DNA of 64,000 bases from positions 1 to 64,000 of the forward strand of contig CAXHJY010001340.1 of NCBI GenBank assembly GCA_964016885.1, given 5' to 3'. The position numbers and the translations under genes were made by a program. Every line of letters begins with the position of its first letter. The first letter of the stretch is position 1. The notes beneath the pieces were generated by a model. It did not search any database. It was not told the origin of the DNA and worked only from the letters and a program-made list of their open reading frames with translations. This stretch comes from Eledone cirrhosa (Eukaryota). Positions 12,461 to 27,605 of the stretch are shown in pieces.

Positions 12461-14779
12461 CGTGACGTCTTGGGATACACATTCTTTGTGTATCCATCCC
12501 AAGACTCCCATGACAAGTCGCAGGTCCATCGCCAGTTTTGCAGCATGAAATGGGGACTGCAATATATTTTTCGATCAGGCCCTTCTGCCTAAGGTTTGAA
12601 CACGTCCCTGGTTAATCTGCTAAAAGTATGATGCAGTATGGTCCTTTTTTTGTTCCTCTCATTTTTGCAGTTTTGAAATTACTAAATATGATGTATTCTG
12701 GAGGCACATGGCTCAGTGGTTAGAGCATTGGCCTTGCAATCGAAAGGTTGTGAGTTCAATTCTCAGACCGGGTGATGAGCAAGACACTTTATTTCACATT
12801 GTTGTTTCCTTGAGCAAGACACTTTATTTCACATTGCTCCAGTTTACTCAGCTGTAGAAATGAGATGATAGGGACTGGGGTCCCTATCATTCCACTACAA
12901 AGTTATCGTGGAGGTGCCACAGTAAAAAAGCACCCAGCCCACACTGTAAAGTGGTCGTGTAGGCGCCACGGAAAAAAAAAAGCACCCAGCACTCACTGTA
13001 AATGAGGTTGGTGTTAAGAAGGGCATCCAGCTGTAGAAATTAAGCCAAAATCAGTTCCCGACCCACCCTTGCAAGCAGGGAAAAGCGGACGTAAAATGAT
13101 GATGATAAATATATATTCTCACCAAATATGTGATGCATGTGGTAATGAAGTGACTAAATATGTGATACATGTGCTAGTGAAGAGACTAAATATATAATAC
13201 ATGTAGTAATGAAGAGACTAAATATGATGCATTCTCACCAAATATGTGATACATGTGTACTGAGATAACTATTATGTCTTCCCACCCAATATGTATACAT
13301 GTGGTAATGAAGAGACTAAATATGTATTCTCACCAAATATGTGATACATGTGGTACTGAGATAACTATTATGTCTTCCCACCCAATATGTAATACATGTA
13401 ATGAAGAGACTAAATGTTATATTCTCACCAAATATGTGATACATGTGGTAATGAAGTGACTAAATATGTGATACATGTGCTAGTAAAGAGACTTAATGTC
13501 TATATGTGGTAATGAAGAGACTAAATATGTTGTATTCTCACCAAATATGTAATACATGTGGTACTGAGTTATGGTGGTCTTATTCACGCCAGTAACCAAT
13601 CTGGTACTTTCTCAAAAACACAAACACTAGGCTCTTTTCAAGTCAGCTACCCTTAAAAAATGCCTTGTCTTCACAGATTTGACAAAGTACCAAATTGGTG
13701 ACTGACGCGAATAAGACAACTGAAACTGCTATAAGATGAGGAAACCAAAAAACCAGCCCTAATGCTAGTGTGTACTAAGCACATTTTTATCATGGCACCA
13801 GCTCTAACTCTGCAGAGTTTACTGGGTGCATGATATTACACTACCACAATATATTTGGCTCCACTTCTCCAAACTGATTTTCCCATTATACACTGGTGTT
13901 GTTGAGCACCAGGTCAGCTTAGACTGAACAAACCTAAGATGAAAGGTGTATCAACAATAACTACCCAATCTTTAAATATGAGGAATTATACTATCAAATA
14001 TGTTCTCCCCCTTTCAAAGACAATAAGGTGTCATTTGGTGGTGAATCTGCTGCTTTATCTAGCAGGTTGAGCAATATGCTTAATCAAAATTGACCTGGGG
14101 CTAAATACAACCACATTAGTGATTCTATAAAGTTGGTGAATTCCGAAGAACAAAGGCTGTAGCAGCAGTAGTAGTAGTGGGTACAATCCACTAGTGGTCA
14201 TAATGGTTAGACAATGTCCAGTAGTAAAGGTGGTGAAAGTATGTTTGTGTAAGAGAGGGGGAGAGAGATATAGTAAGCAGAAAAAGGCAAACAAAACAGA
14301 ATTGTTAGTACTAATTCTAAAGAGTTGTTCAATGCAGGGCAAAGTGCCAGCTGTTTACTCTGATTAACAACTGCACTGCTAATTACACATGTATTATTGT
14401 TCTTTTCTGCTTGTCTGGCCAGCATTTGTGGCTTTTTTGTTCCCTTTATAAACTAGAGTTAATCTACAGCTCGCTGTACATATTACTATTGTTATTGTTC
14501 GTATATCTTGCTGTTGTTAGCTTTACCTTTCATCCCTACAGGGTTGATAAAATAAAGTGGGTTTGTAATATTAGTGCTGGTCGATTTAACCCTTTAGCAT
14601 TTAAACCGGCCATAACCAGTCGCTTATACCAACATTAAGGTATTGTTCTCAAAATAAATATCAAAATCTCATAGATTCAATATCATGTGAGATAATTATG
14701 AGGTAAAGCCTTTACCAAGAAAATACAATGGTATATATAGAGTAATGCAAATGCTAATGGGTTAATTGACTTTCCCTTC

Positions 14780-15215
14780 TTGTTCACCCACTTATTCCTG
14801 AGATAATCGTGGGGGCAGAGTCCTCAAACACTCTTTTCAGTGGGTCCTGTCGGAAGCAACCGCCTCCAACTGATCTGGCTGGATCCCCAAGCGAAACCAG
14901 CCAAGCTCATGGATGTTATCCAACCATCTTACTCATGTTCTACTCCTGGGTCTCCTGCCACTTGGTTTTGCTCATAAAATCTGTCCAGCGATTCTTTATT
15001 GAGACATTCTAACTACATGCTCATAGTATCGGAGCTGTGATCTCTCAATTCAGAGAAGTAGCAGAGTGACTCTCTGATATCTGAGCTACGCACTCTATTG
15101 AGTAACCTTACTCCAAAGACCCTTTGGAAGAACCCCATTTCAGCCACTTGCATTTGTGATTGTATTCTTTCGGTCATTATTGGGAGGAATACTGAATTAA
15201 AGATAGCGAGTTTGA
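14780..15215 (-). mobile_element. Degenerate RTE-type LINE 3' fragment; related piece at 21290-21545
   Basis: Minus frame gives MTERIQSQMQVAEMGFFQRVFGVRLLNRVRSSDIRESL, typical of the RTE ORF2 C-terminus, followed by frameshifts. Confidence 0.7.
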
Positions 15216-16276
15216 CTTTTACACCCTTAGAATGAATCTATATCTAGCTGTTCATATTACTACTGATTGTTCTTATTATATCTTGCTACGATTAACTTTG
15301 CCTTTCATCCTTACATAGTCAATAAAATAAAATACCAGTAACACACTGGTGTCAATTTAATCGACTTTCCCCTCCACCAAAATTGTTGACCTTTTGCCTA
15401 AATCATCCTCGTAGAAACAATTATATTTACAAAAGTTGAAACAATCATTGTTTTTACATCCACTTTTCCATGCTTGCATGGGCTGGACGAGTCCTTCTCA
15501 GCACAGCCTCTCTCCACACTTTGCGATCCTTTATCATCATCTCTGTGAGTCTCAATGATTTGAGGTCAGCTCTCACAACCTCTGCCCAGGTCTTTCTTGG
15601 TTTACTTCTACCACAGCATCTTTACACTGACACTTCTTTACCTAATGATCATTATCCATGTACATCACATGTCCATACCAATGCAATCTTTTCTCTTGCA
15701 CACCACCTCGGATTCCTCTTAACCCAATAGGATTCAAACTGGCCATATCCGGCTAGAAATGAATCACATCTTTCTGTTTAAACCAGTTGAAACTGGCCGC
15801 TTATACTGATGTTAAGTTATTGTTCTCAAAATAAATAACATCAAAATCTCAGACTTGATAATTATGTAAGATAGTGTTTACTACAAAAATACAATAGTAT
15901 ATACAGAGTAATGTGAATGCTAAAGGGTTAAACCCAGCTCCTTCAGGAACCAATATATCTCTACCTTACTGCTGTTATTAATGTTAATCTGTATCTCAAA
16001 ATAAATAACATCAAAATCTCAGACTTGATAATTATGTAAGATAGTGTTTACTACAAAAATACAATAGTATATACAGAGTAATGTGAATGCTAAAGGGTTA
16101 AACCCAGCTCCTTCAGGAACCATTATATCTCTACCTTACTGCTGTTATTAATGTTAATCTGTGCCTTTCATCCTTGCAGGGTCGATAAAATAAAGTACCA
16201 GTAATGCACTGGGTAATTGCTGGCCTTGTGCCAAAGGTAGAAACAATTAATGTTAATCTGTACCTTACTGTTCACA

Positions 16277-16720
16277 TTACTTGTATGATGTGTGTATCCG
16301 AACAGCAATGTTGCATGGTAGTGAGACCTGGGCGCTGAAGGTGGAAGACTTACGTAGATTAGAGAGAAACGAAGCCTGCATGCTCTGATGGATGTGTAAT
16401 AGTAATATACGCGAACGACAAAGCATAAATGAATTGAGAGAGAGACTGAGCATTAGAGGAATCAAATGCTGTGTGCAGGAGAGGCGGTTGCGTTGGTATG
16501 GACATGTGATGCGTATGAAGGATGACAGCTGCATAAAAAGGTGCAGAGCACTAGAAGTCGATGGAAACCGCAGAGTGGGGAGACCCAAGATGACCTGGGA
16601 TGAGGTGATAAAAGCCGACCTTACCCAATTACACCTCTCAAAGGCGATGACACACGACCGTGACTTCTGGCGTCACGCAGAAATACAGAGTACCCGACCT
16701 CCCATGGGTACAAGCTGAAG
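16277..16720 (+). mobile_element. RTE-type LINE ORF2 C-terminal fragment (pseudogenised)
   Basis: IRTAMLHGSETWAL...RRLRWYGHVMRM...GRPKMTWDEVIKAD with an in-frame stop; joined to a family C tail. Confidence 0.85.
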
Positions 16721-17014
16721 CATATAGACAATATGCCCCCACACCCCCCACTGCAAGGTGGTCGTGGAGGTGCCACGGCAAAAAAGCACCCAGCCCACAC
16801 TGTAAAGTGGACGTGTAGGCGCCACGAAAAAGCACCCAGCACTCACTGTAAATGAGGTTGGTGTTAGGAAGGGCATCCAGCTGTAGAAATCAAGCCAAAT
16901 CAGTTCCTGTATGACCAGACACTGCCCACAACAGGACAACCCGTCTAACCCATGCTAGCGTGGAAGAACGGACGTAAAATGGTGATGATGATGATGATTA
17001 CTTCTGTTATTTTT

Positions 17015-18335
17015 GATTGGCGGTATTGCTAGAGTATCAGACAATATGCTTTCCAGCATATTGTTACGGTCTTTTATGTTTTGAGTTTGAATCCTGCTGA
17101 GGTTAACTTTGACTTTCATCCTTACATGGTCGATAAAGTAAAGAGGCAGAGCCAGATTTAATGGGGAAGCAAAGGGGACAATTTCCCTGGGCCCCACAGG
17201 TGACAGCCATAGCAATTTATTTGTGCCTCAGCTGGGATTATTTTCAAGTATTGGTAGAGGGTCAGATACCATGCTATGACGCATAAAATTACGGCCCTTG
17301 CCATTCTGAGTTCAAATCCCGCTGAGGTCAACTTTGCCTTTCATCCATACGGGGGTCAATAAAATAAAGTACCAGTAATGCGCTGGGATAATTGCTGGCC
17401 TTGTGCCAAAAGTAGAAACAATAATTTTTAGGATGGTTAAAATTTTTTGGAATTAATACCTGTATGTATAACTTTGATATGTAAAATTGGGTGGTTTGCT
17501 GTGTATTCTAATTTTTTGTGTATGTGGTCCTCCCCCACCCCCATCTAAATTCAACCCTGTACACAGGGGTTGATTTAATCGTGTGCGCCCCCCCCCCCCC
17601 CTTCATATAATGCTGGCCTTGTGTCTGAAGTAGAAACAATTAATATTAATACTAGCAAGTTAATATTGTAGTTAATATTATAAATCTGTTTGGGTGGTGG
17701 ATTGGCAGTATCGGTAGAGGGTCGGACGCCACGCTTTGCAGCATAGAGTTACGGCCCTTTATGATCTGAGTTCAAATCCCGCCCAGGTTAATTTTGCCTT
17801 TCATCCTTACGAGGTCGATTTAATCGGCTTTCCCCTCCCCAAAAATTGCTGGCCTTGTGCCTATATATGAAACCAATATTATAAATCTGTTTGTCAGTTA
17901 TATTCTGTGTAATAAAATGACTTGTAGACAACACATGTCAGTGAGTGAGTTTTAATTTATATTCTTCTACTCCTTGAGTATGAGGGTCTCGTGATGTTGT
18001 TCACCTAATAGAGATCAGTAATTACGTTTCATAGGCCCACTACAAGGAGGGCAATAAACTTGAGCTCCTTTTATATTTGGAAGGGGCTATTTTGCCAGTT
18101 CCGGTAAAATAGACCCCCAGGCTACTTTGCTGGTAAAAGTATCAGACACTATACTTTGCGGCATAGAGTTGTGGCCCTTTACAGTCTGAGTTTAAATCCT
18201 GCTGAGGTTAGCTTTGCTTTTCATCCTTACAGGGTCAATGAAATAAAACACCAGTAGTGCACTGGGGTCGATTTAATCAACTTTTTCCTCTCCCAAATTT
18301 GTTGGTCTTGTTCCTAAATCAGAAACCATTATTAT
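17015..18335 (+). mobile_element. Cluster of SINE family A copies (17015-17140, 17250-17422, 17695-17880, 18140-18330)
   Basis: B-box gagttcaaatcc plus gcctttcatccttacggggtcgataaaataaagtaccag domain in each. Confidence 0.85.
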
Positions 18336-18384
18336 GAAGGCAGGTAATGTTACAAAGATTTAACACGGAAGTTTATTTATTTTA

Positions 18385-18612
18385 TATAATATAATATATA
18401 ATGAAATTATTGTGTACAGTGCTCAGGTGCACTACAACTCATCAAAGGTGCATATATAGTACATAGAATAATTTACAAATGCCAGGTAAGTGAACAGTGT
18501 ATGAGTCATGATATACATGGAAGGGGGATATCAGGTGTAGTGTTGGTGAATTTCAGGAAGCATAGAGGTTGTAAACGATGCAGTGTCTCAACAGCTAACA
18601 ATTGATACAGGT
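18385..18612 (-). mobile_element. CR1/L2-type LINE 3' tail fragment, same family as the satellite host
   Basis: Reverse complement matches 49490-49735 and contains a partial satellite unit. Confidence 0.85.
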
Positions 18613-19631
18613 AGATCACCACCAACACTAGGGAAGTTATGTCCTTGACACAACTGAAGGGTCCTCCCAACCGTTTGCTTGGCAGTTATTTGACTAAAAA
18701 TGCCCCAGAAACACCATATGTGACTATGGTACCCCTACCACTCCACCAGGTCTTACAGTACATACATGTTAGAAATACAGTCACAAAAATAAGAATTTCA
18801 CCAATTATTAAGACAATTTAAATCCAAACCCAACACTATTTATATTTTCTGCTAAAATATACTTCATAAGCATGTTTGTCTATTTTACCGGGACCGGCAA
18901 TGTAGCCTATTCCTTTATATTTAACAAAGCTATCCAGAAAGTAATTTACTGTCAAAAGGTGACGTTGAATTTAATGAAATATTAGATTGAGATGAAGGTA
19001 TTAAAAGAACAGTGTTGTCTGCCGTTTCTGGCACCTGGTACTCCAGGTGATTGAACCAACAGAACTGTCTGCTCATGAAATTAATGTGTAAGTGACTGAG
19101 CATTCCACAGACATGTAGATTTAATATAATTCTCAGTGAGAGTCACCGTGATGCAATATATGACAAAGCTGGCTCTTAGAATTAGAGATATAACACATTT
19201 TTATCAGTTGAGAGAACTGGAGCAATATGAAATAAAGTGTCTTGCTCAAGGGCACAGCATGCTGTCCAGTCCAGTCCAGGAATGAAACTCATGACCTTAC
19301 AAACATGAGCCAAATACCCTAACCATTAAGCCACATGACTTTAGAAAGGAAATAATATATGATGTGTGTGGAATTGGAAACAAAACAAATGATATTATTT
19401 TGTCAAATTGAAGAGATCTGGAATAAAGGGACAGGAGGATTACCTTTAATCAAGTGTTTGAGGGGAAGAAGCACAATGTTATAGCTCAGAGAAATTATAC
19501 ACCTGAAATCATGTGGGAGAATATTGCATATAAACATCTTTTCCTATATTCTGAGTGTAACCCACACCTGCTCTCTTTATCACCACACAGTTCTTTCATC
19601 TTTTCTGGGAGTGACTAAGGTTTTAGTTGGG

Positions 19632-20069
19632 TTAACCCTTTAGCATTTAAACCAGCCGTATCTGGCCAGAATTCTCTCACCTCTTTCTGTTCAAACCGGC
19701 TGTAACTGACCGCTCATACTGATGTTACGGTATTGTTCTCAAAATAAATAATATAAAAATCTCATAGATTCCATATTATGTGAGATAAAGCCTTTACTGT
19801 GAAAATATGATAGTATATATAGAGTAATGTAAATGTTAATGAGTTAACCCATTAGCATTTAAACCAGCCATATCCGGCCTGAATTCTCTCACCTTTTCTG
19901 TCCAAACCAGCTGTAACTGGCCATTCATACTGATGTTAAGGTATTGTTCTCAAAATAAATAATATCAAAATCTCATAGATTTGATATCATGTGAGATAAT
20001 TGTAAGATAATGCCTTTACCACAAAAATACACTAGTATATATAGAGTAATGTAAATGCTAAAGGGTTAA
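19632..20069 (+). mobile_element. Two tandem TTAA-flanked piggyBac-like MITEs; other copies 14586-14765, 15719-15931, 23861-24342 (back-to-back pair), 29101-29269
   Basis: Terminal inverted repeats TTAA-CCCTTTAGCATTTA...TAAATGCTAAAGGG-TTAA; a TTAA target and CCC start are piggyBac hallmarks. Confidence 0.8.
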
Positions 20070-23000
20070 GGAAGTTCATCAAAGTTATCCAGAAATTGTG
20101 AGACACTCCCGGATTTTAGTGCCAGAGAGGGTCACCTTTTTTGACAAGTGGGTAATACAGACAAGATAAATATATTTATTTTATATTACTGCTTTACATT
20201 CAATTTCACATACTATTGAAATTACAGATCTTCCTATAAAACTAGCTATGTAATTGCATTCCTATTTCACACTCACATACACTCCTGCCTACACACGCAC
20301 ACACACGCTCTCATACTTACATACACATACATGCATACACACACACCCACATACTTGTTCACAAACACACACACACACAGCTCTATGTCAATATCTAATG
20401 ACTCAATCAATAAAACTCTGTACAAAGCTACCATCTTCTCTATTGATACAGTTATATACACAAGATATTGATTGAAATCATGTTAGATAACCATTAAAAG
20501 AAATTCCTCACATACTTGTTACGACACTTTTAAATAATTGAAACAATTACGAATGGAGCAAATTCTTTTCTGCAAACTTTTAACCAACTTTGATGTCCTT
20601 GGCAACCTTTGACAGAGACAAGATCCCAGATCTCATTTACTTACCGAATGGGGTGGAACTTGTCAAATCGGATCAAGGGAACGTTTCCATTGGGCTATCC
20701 AATTGTTAATAATTGTTTCTACTATTGGCACAAGGCCAGCTTTTATCCTAGTGTATTACTGGTACTTTATTTTATCGACCCCCCCCCAAGGATGAAAGGC
20801 AAAGTTAACCTCGGCAGGATTTGAAATCAGACCATAAAGGGCTGTAACTCTTTGCTGCAAAACATGGCATCCGACCCTCTACCGATACTGCCAATCCAAG
20901 CAGGAACAACATGAAATAAATTGTCTTGTTCAAAGATATTATGCATTGTCTGGTTTGGGAATCAAACTCACAACCACGAATCCAATTCTCTATCAACTAA
21001 GTGGTTAAAGGATTGTAATGGCATGTGGAATGAATTAACTCTTAACATCTTGTAATGTTATATTTGGAAGGGTCTTGCTGCCAATAAAAATGTCTGCTTT
21101 TCCCTGCTTGCAAGGGTGGGGCGGATCCTATTCAGCACAGCATCTCTACACTTGTCACGGTCCTTCGTCATCTCCTCCGTGAGTTTCAGCGATCTGATGT
21201 CTGCTCTCACCACCTCCACCCATGTTTTTCGTTGCTCTCACCACCGCCGCCCATGTTTTTCATATGACCATTAAACAACCAACATGTTACTTCTTTGCCC
21301 ACTTATTCCTGAATGGATTGTGGGGGCAGAGTTCTCAAACACTCCTTCCAGCTGGTCCTGTCAGAAGCAACCATCCCCAACTGATCTGGCTGGATCCCCA
21401 AGCGAAACCAACCAAGCTCATGGATGTTATCCAACCATCTTGGGTCTCCTGCTGGTTGGTCTTGCCCATGAAATCTGTCCAGTGATTCTTTCCTGAGACT
21501 TTTTAACCACATTCCCTTGGTATCGGAATAGAATGTCTTACTCATATTGTTTGTTGTATTAGAGGACATTGAGTTACAATGTCTACGATCTTCACTGAAA
21601 TATTTGAGTATGGGTCAGTTTTTCTAGTGTTGCTTATATGACCACTTCTTTTGAAAGTTAGTATTGTATCTCTGTTCCTCATGTGTAATATAGTGTTGTG
21701 TGTCTGCCCATTTAAAAAAAATTCTAATCTACTTCTCACAGCCTCATATTTCTTCCTTGAGTGTTCATCCTCTCATTTATGAAACAGACAAGTGCCTCTT
21801 AAAAGCTACAATCTCCACACCACCTCTTCTGAAACATAATTATGTCCTTTGTCCCATCACTATTGAAACCTGGTGATGTTTCTTCTAAAGTTATCTGTTC
21901 AATGGAATCACATCCACCTCCAACACACCTAAACCTCAGTTAATCTTCAGTTAACATGAATGAATCAATTGTAGTTAGCAAGGATATAGTAGCATAATTG
22001 TATTCACCCTTTTATTAGCATACTAGCTTACATACCCAGCTTTGCCCAGGTAAACAGATAAGAGAAGACCGGTAGAAGAGAAAACAACTGGATTGGATGC
22101 GTTGTTTGGTTTACAGTATGAGGCAAGGCTGTGGTGTGTGTGAGACAAAACAAAAACAGTAAAAAAATCTTCCAAATACACCAGATTCTTTGTTTCATTG
22201 TTCTTCCATAGTATATGAATATTTCTAGATGTTCCCTCTTGTGAACAACCAACATATTACTGTCCATGGGTAAAACCCGACTCTCTCATATTCAATCCTA
22301 CAACGTTGAGACTCTGACCCTAAGCTTTATTTATGGTCTTAGCAAAACGGACTCTAGCAGGTTCTGTGTGTTTCAATTAATTTGGAAAATAACAAATTTG
22401 GATGTTGATTTTTGGAACAAAATGTGGCAAAATGTTCTTACACAAATTATGATGGAATATTTTAATATATGGAAGAACACTTTAAACTGGGTAGTTTTAT
22501 ATCCCTGAAATAGTAGTTTTATATTGATAAACTAGGGTGGTTTGATATCCCTAAACGAGGGGTAGTTTTATATCCCTGAACTAGGGGATGGTTTTGATAA
22601 CCCAGAAGTAGGGGTGATTTTGATATCAGAACTGGGGGGGGGGGGGTTCAGGCAGTTTGCTGTCAAAATATACACAGTCTTAGTATAATTGTTTTGGGTT
22701 GACAAGTGTCAATATTTTACATAAAGACACCTTTAATAATCAGAGCACACACACCTACATAGTATTTGTGATAAAAGATATAAATAGATAAAATTTCTTA
22801 TCACTTCTAACTACTTTGACCTATCCTGTATTTCATAATGTATGTATGGTGCAGTAAGTTGGAGTGCTAGCCTGACATATTATATAGATGGTGAAGTGTC
22901 ATGATACACAGCATGTCTTGAGTACTTTAAACCTGGCAGAGGCCATCCCATCTCTACATCTGAACAGGGCCAATTTCTTCTAGATAAAGAGAGTGAAAGA

Positions 23001-24456
23001 AAGGAAGTGAGAAAGAGATATAGAGAAAGAACTGCCCCCAGTACTCAGTACTTTTTTGGTACTTTTTTATCAACCTGGAAAGGATGAAAGGCATAGTTGA
23101 CCTTGGCCAGATTTGAACTCAGAGAGGCAGAACAAATACTTAATTAGTGGGGGGGGGGGCAGTTATTCGAGACCTGAGAGTGATTAGCAAGCTTGGTCAC
23201 TCTGACCCATCTGGTTTCAGACCATGACAACTCATACCAGTGAGGAAAGTGGTCATAAAATGATGATGATGCACTTGTAACCGCTTCCAATAGTCTCTGC
23301 CAATCAAAGTACATGTTTTTTATTTTACTTTTCTCTAATTAACTTCTTTTTATTTATTTTTTATTTATTTTTTTATTTTTAGTATATAATATATTAACTA
23401 TTTGTTTATTTTTATAAAAAGTTATATTTAGACATGGCTTTACAGCATGTCTCAGAAATGATAAAATGGACCCAATCAACCCTGTAAAGTGGTAGTGCCA
23501 GAGTCACAATAAAAAGCTCCCAGTAGACACTGTAAAGTGGTTGGTGTTAGGAAGGGCATACAGCCTTAGAAATCATGGCCCCAGTATACACTGTAAAGTG
23601 GTTGGTGTTAGGAAGGGCATCCAGCCATAGAAATCATCTTCCCAACACACTCTAAAGTGGTTGGTCTTAGCAAAGGCATCTAGCCATAGAAATCATGGTC
23701 CCAGTATGACCCAGGAAGATTTGGGATGTTATTCAGTTTAGATTAAGGAATAGTAGGTGTCATTCTATTCATCTGTCCAGTTTATTACCAGATATTCAAC
23801 TGTTGATGGTATTCATGTGCTTGGGCTAATATTCCCAGATGTTCAACTAATCATGGCTATTTAACCCTTTAGCATTTACATTACTCTATTTTTACTATGG
23901 TATTTTCATAGTAAATGCTTTACCTCACATAATATTGAATCTACGAGATTTTTTATATTATTATTTTGAGAACAGTATCTGTATGGGCTTAGCCATGTGG
24001 TTACTTCGATATGAATCTATTTGAGAAGAACAATACCTTAACATCAGTATGAGCTGCTGGTTGCAGCCGGTTTGAATCGAAAGAAGTGAGAGAATTCTGG
24101 CCTGATACGGATGGTTTAACCCTTTAGCATTTAAACCGGTCATATCCAGCCAGAATTATCTCACCCATTTCAGCTCAAACCAGCTGTAACCGGCCACTCA
24201 TACTGATGTTAAGGTATAGTTCTCAAAATAAATAATATCAAAATTTCATAGATTCAATATTATGTGAAATAATTATGAGGTAAAAGCTTTACCAGAAAAA
24301 TACAATAGTGTATATAGAGTAATGTAAATGCTAAAGGGTTAAATCACAACATCTCGGATTACTTTGATACTTTGATAGGTTTTTGCCCGTGTTAGAGTAA
24401 GCTATGTCTTACAACCTAGTATGTTATACTTATTTTCTCTGTATTTGTCTTTCTAG

Positions 24457-24537
24457 TGCCACTAGACAATGGAACAATGTATATCAATGAAGCAGAGAAA
24501 AGAGTTTCAATTGAAGAAAATAGTAGTCCTTTGGCAG
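24457..24537 (+). CDS. Internal exon of single-pass membrane protein, extracellular part (PLDNGTMYINEAEKRVSIEENSSPLA)
   Basis: Polypyrimidine tract plus ttctag acceptor, CAG|GTAAGT donor, 81 nt phase 1-1, open frame continuous with the next exon. Confidence 0.75.
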
Positions 24538-24579
24538 GTAAGTAAATTATTGATAAAGGTCATTGATTCTATCTGTTGA

Positions 24580-24870
24580 TCAGTCTCTCTCACTTACATT
24601 CACACTCATTCACTCTCACTTACATTCACACTCATTCACTCTCAATTACTCTCAAACTCATTTGCATTCACACTCATTCATACTCAGTCATTCACACTTG
24701 TTCTCACTCAATCACTCTCATTCACATTCGCTCTCGTTCACACTCACTCTCATTCACACTCATTCACTCTCATTCACATTCGCTCTCGTTCACACTCACT
24801 CTCATTCACACTCACTCATTCACTCTCATTCACATTCACACTCGCTCTCATTCACACTCACACTCATTCA
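24580..24870. repeat. (CACT/CATT)n low-complexity tract
   Basis: Direct reading. Confidence 0.9.
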
Positions 24871-26729
24871 GACTTGCTCATTTCCCCTTTCCCTTTCTCT
24901 CTATCTATCACATAAGTCAAGCAGTGTACTATGTGACCATGAGATAAGTCTCTGCGTTAGTATATTATACTCTGTACTGACAATTGATGTCAGCCATTTT
25001 ACCAATTAATTGGTATTGGTATTTCTGAAGAAGAATCAACTTTTATTATTGGCCATCATTGTTTGGAAGAAAACCATGGGTGAGAGGGAAATTAGAAAAA
25101 CACATTTTCTTCGATGTACAGACATGTGATGCACATGAATGATAATTGATGGGGTAGAAGGAAGCTGCAGTAGAGGTAGACCAAGGAAAACCTGGGCAGA
25201 GGTAGTGTGCAGAAGACTACATTGGTATGGACAATGATCACTGGGTGAAGAAATGCCGGGAACAGGGCCAGATTTAATGGAGAGCAAAGGGGGCAATGCC
25301 TCAGGTCCTCTGCAGTGGGGGCCCCACCAGTGATGGCAGTAGTAATTTATCTCTGCCCTCAGCTGGGCACTTTAGTTTTAGGATGGTTCGAATTTTTAAT
25401 ACCTGTATGTATAACTTTTCAATTCCAATTACTTGCACCAAGCAAACTTTGATATGTACAACGGGGGGTGCTGTGCAGTCTAATTTTTTGTGTAGGAGGG
25501 GCCCCTCATGGTCAAAATTCAACCCTGCTTATATGTACCATATTTAGCATGATTTCTACAACTGGATGCTCTTGCTAAAACCAACCTCCTTACAGAGTGT
25601 ACTGGGTGTATTTTATTGTGAAACCAGCACGAGAGAGTTTGTCAGGCACAGACAAACTGAATAGTTTCATTATCTACCATATCATATGGTGTACTGGATG
25701 CATTTATCAGGGCACCAACATTGTCTTCATATGTTCACTCAACACTTTACAGGAGGGGATGGGTTATTGTGTGTTCTATGCAGGCTATGGGAGCTCTCCA
25801 CTTCATGTAGTTTCTGTTTTATTAATATTCTAGGATGTTTTTCAACATACTGACGTGTATGTGCATATGCATACAGTTATATAAATATATAAATATAAAT
25901 GTGCAAACACAGACACACTTACAAAAATACACACTCAGACATATTCACACACACACACACGTACATTTACACAAACACAAGCGTAGCAAATGGTACGCTA
26001 GCCACTCTTTTGCTATAGTTTTTTAACACACCCTTCCTTCCTTTTACACATACATACATTCACACAAACACACACATAATAGGCATCTCTAACAAAATAC
26101 ACCCCGTCCCACCACCACCACCCCCACCCCATCCACACCACCCCGTTCTATGTAAAGTTATGTTGGTGCAGTAGGCATCTCTAACAAAATACACCCCGTC
26201 CCACCACCCCCACCCCATCCACACCACCCCGTTCTATGTAAAGTTATGTTGGTGCCGCGCCATCGAGGCCGAAACAAATGAGATCGTGTAGGTGTCACGA
26301 CAAAAAAACACACAGTCCACGCTGTAATGTGGCCGTGTAGGCAACACGGTAAAAACCTCCCAGACCCACACTGTAAATGTGGTTGGTGTTAGGAAGGGCA
26401 TCCAACTGTAGAAAACCTGCCAGACAGTCCTATGCGAGCAAGACAATCACTCTTGCCTCAAGTGGGACTACCCCCGTCCAAACCCATGCAAGCGTGGAAC
26501 ACGGACGTTAAACGTTGATGATGATGATGATGATGATGATAATGTGTGACAGACAGGTGGAAGTTGCTCAAATTTAAATATATTCATTCTATTATCAATA
26601 TTAAATGTTCTTTATAAGTCTCTCAGTAATTATTTGGAGTTCATATTGTGACCAAGGTTGATAACCACTGGTCTATCACCTACAGTTGTATAATACTTAA
26701 GGAATATCTTTTCTTTTTCTTGTTTTCAG

Positions 26730-26808
26730 TTGTGTTATTAGTATTGGGGTCAACATTTCTGGTCCTCTTCTTCCTCACCTTCGTTGCTGTTATTTATAGA
26801 TATCATCG
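26730..26808 (+). CDS. Transmembrane exon (VVLLVLGSTFLVLFFLTFVAVIYRYHR)
   Basis: ttttcag acceptor, CG|GTAAGT donor, phase 1-2; hydrophobic 22-mer followed by basic stop-transfer residues. Confidence 0.82.
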
Positions 26809-27605
26809 GTAAGTTTTATTCCTCTTCCTCCTCATTGCTTTATTAACCCTTTTGATACCAACCTGACTAAAACAAGCTCTGAGTTTGTGAAATTAAATCA
26901 CTCATCTTAAATAATTCCTATTTAAATTAATTTTCAAAATCTAATTTTATATAAGAGCCATGTATGAAGTCTTAATAATGAAATAATTAAGAATATTAAA
27001 TTTAAGCCAAAATCTCACTTTGTGGGTAAAGTCAAATTGGCTAAAAGAAGGTCATTCTAACTTGATGCTTCAACAATGGTTTCAATGCATATGTAGAACA
27101 ATCTATGTATCTATGAAATAAATATATGTATATGAAATAAACTGTATCTATGTATATATATGTATATGAAATAAACTGTTGACAGTTTACTTTGCAGATT
27201 TATATATTAATAATTGTTTCTACTTTTGGCACAAGGCCAGCAATTACCCAGTACATTACTGGTACTTTATTTTATCGACCCCGTAAGGATGAAAGGCAAA
27301 GTTAACCTCGGCAGGTTTTGAACTCAGACCATAAAGGGCCGTAACTCTTTGCTGCAAAGCATGGCGTCCGACCTTCTACCGATACTGCCAATCTACCGCT
27401 AATAATTTTAGTAAATCCTTTCAAATTCTTCATTAATTAATTGAAATAGTTTGTATTTCATTAGAATTACAGCCACAAAAACATTAATTAAGTGGTACCT
27501 TATACTGTACATCTTCATTAATTAATTGAAATAGTGTGTATATCATTAAAAATACAGTCACAAGAGAATGGACAGTGAAGAATATATTTTGTTTTCATTT
27601 TTCAG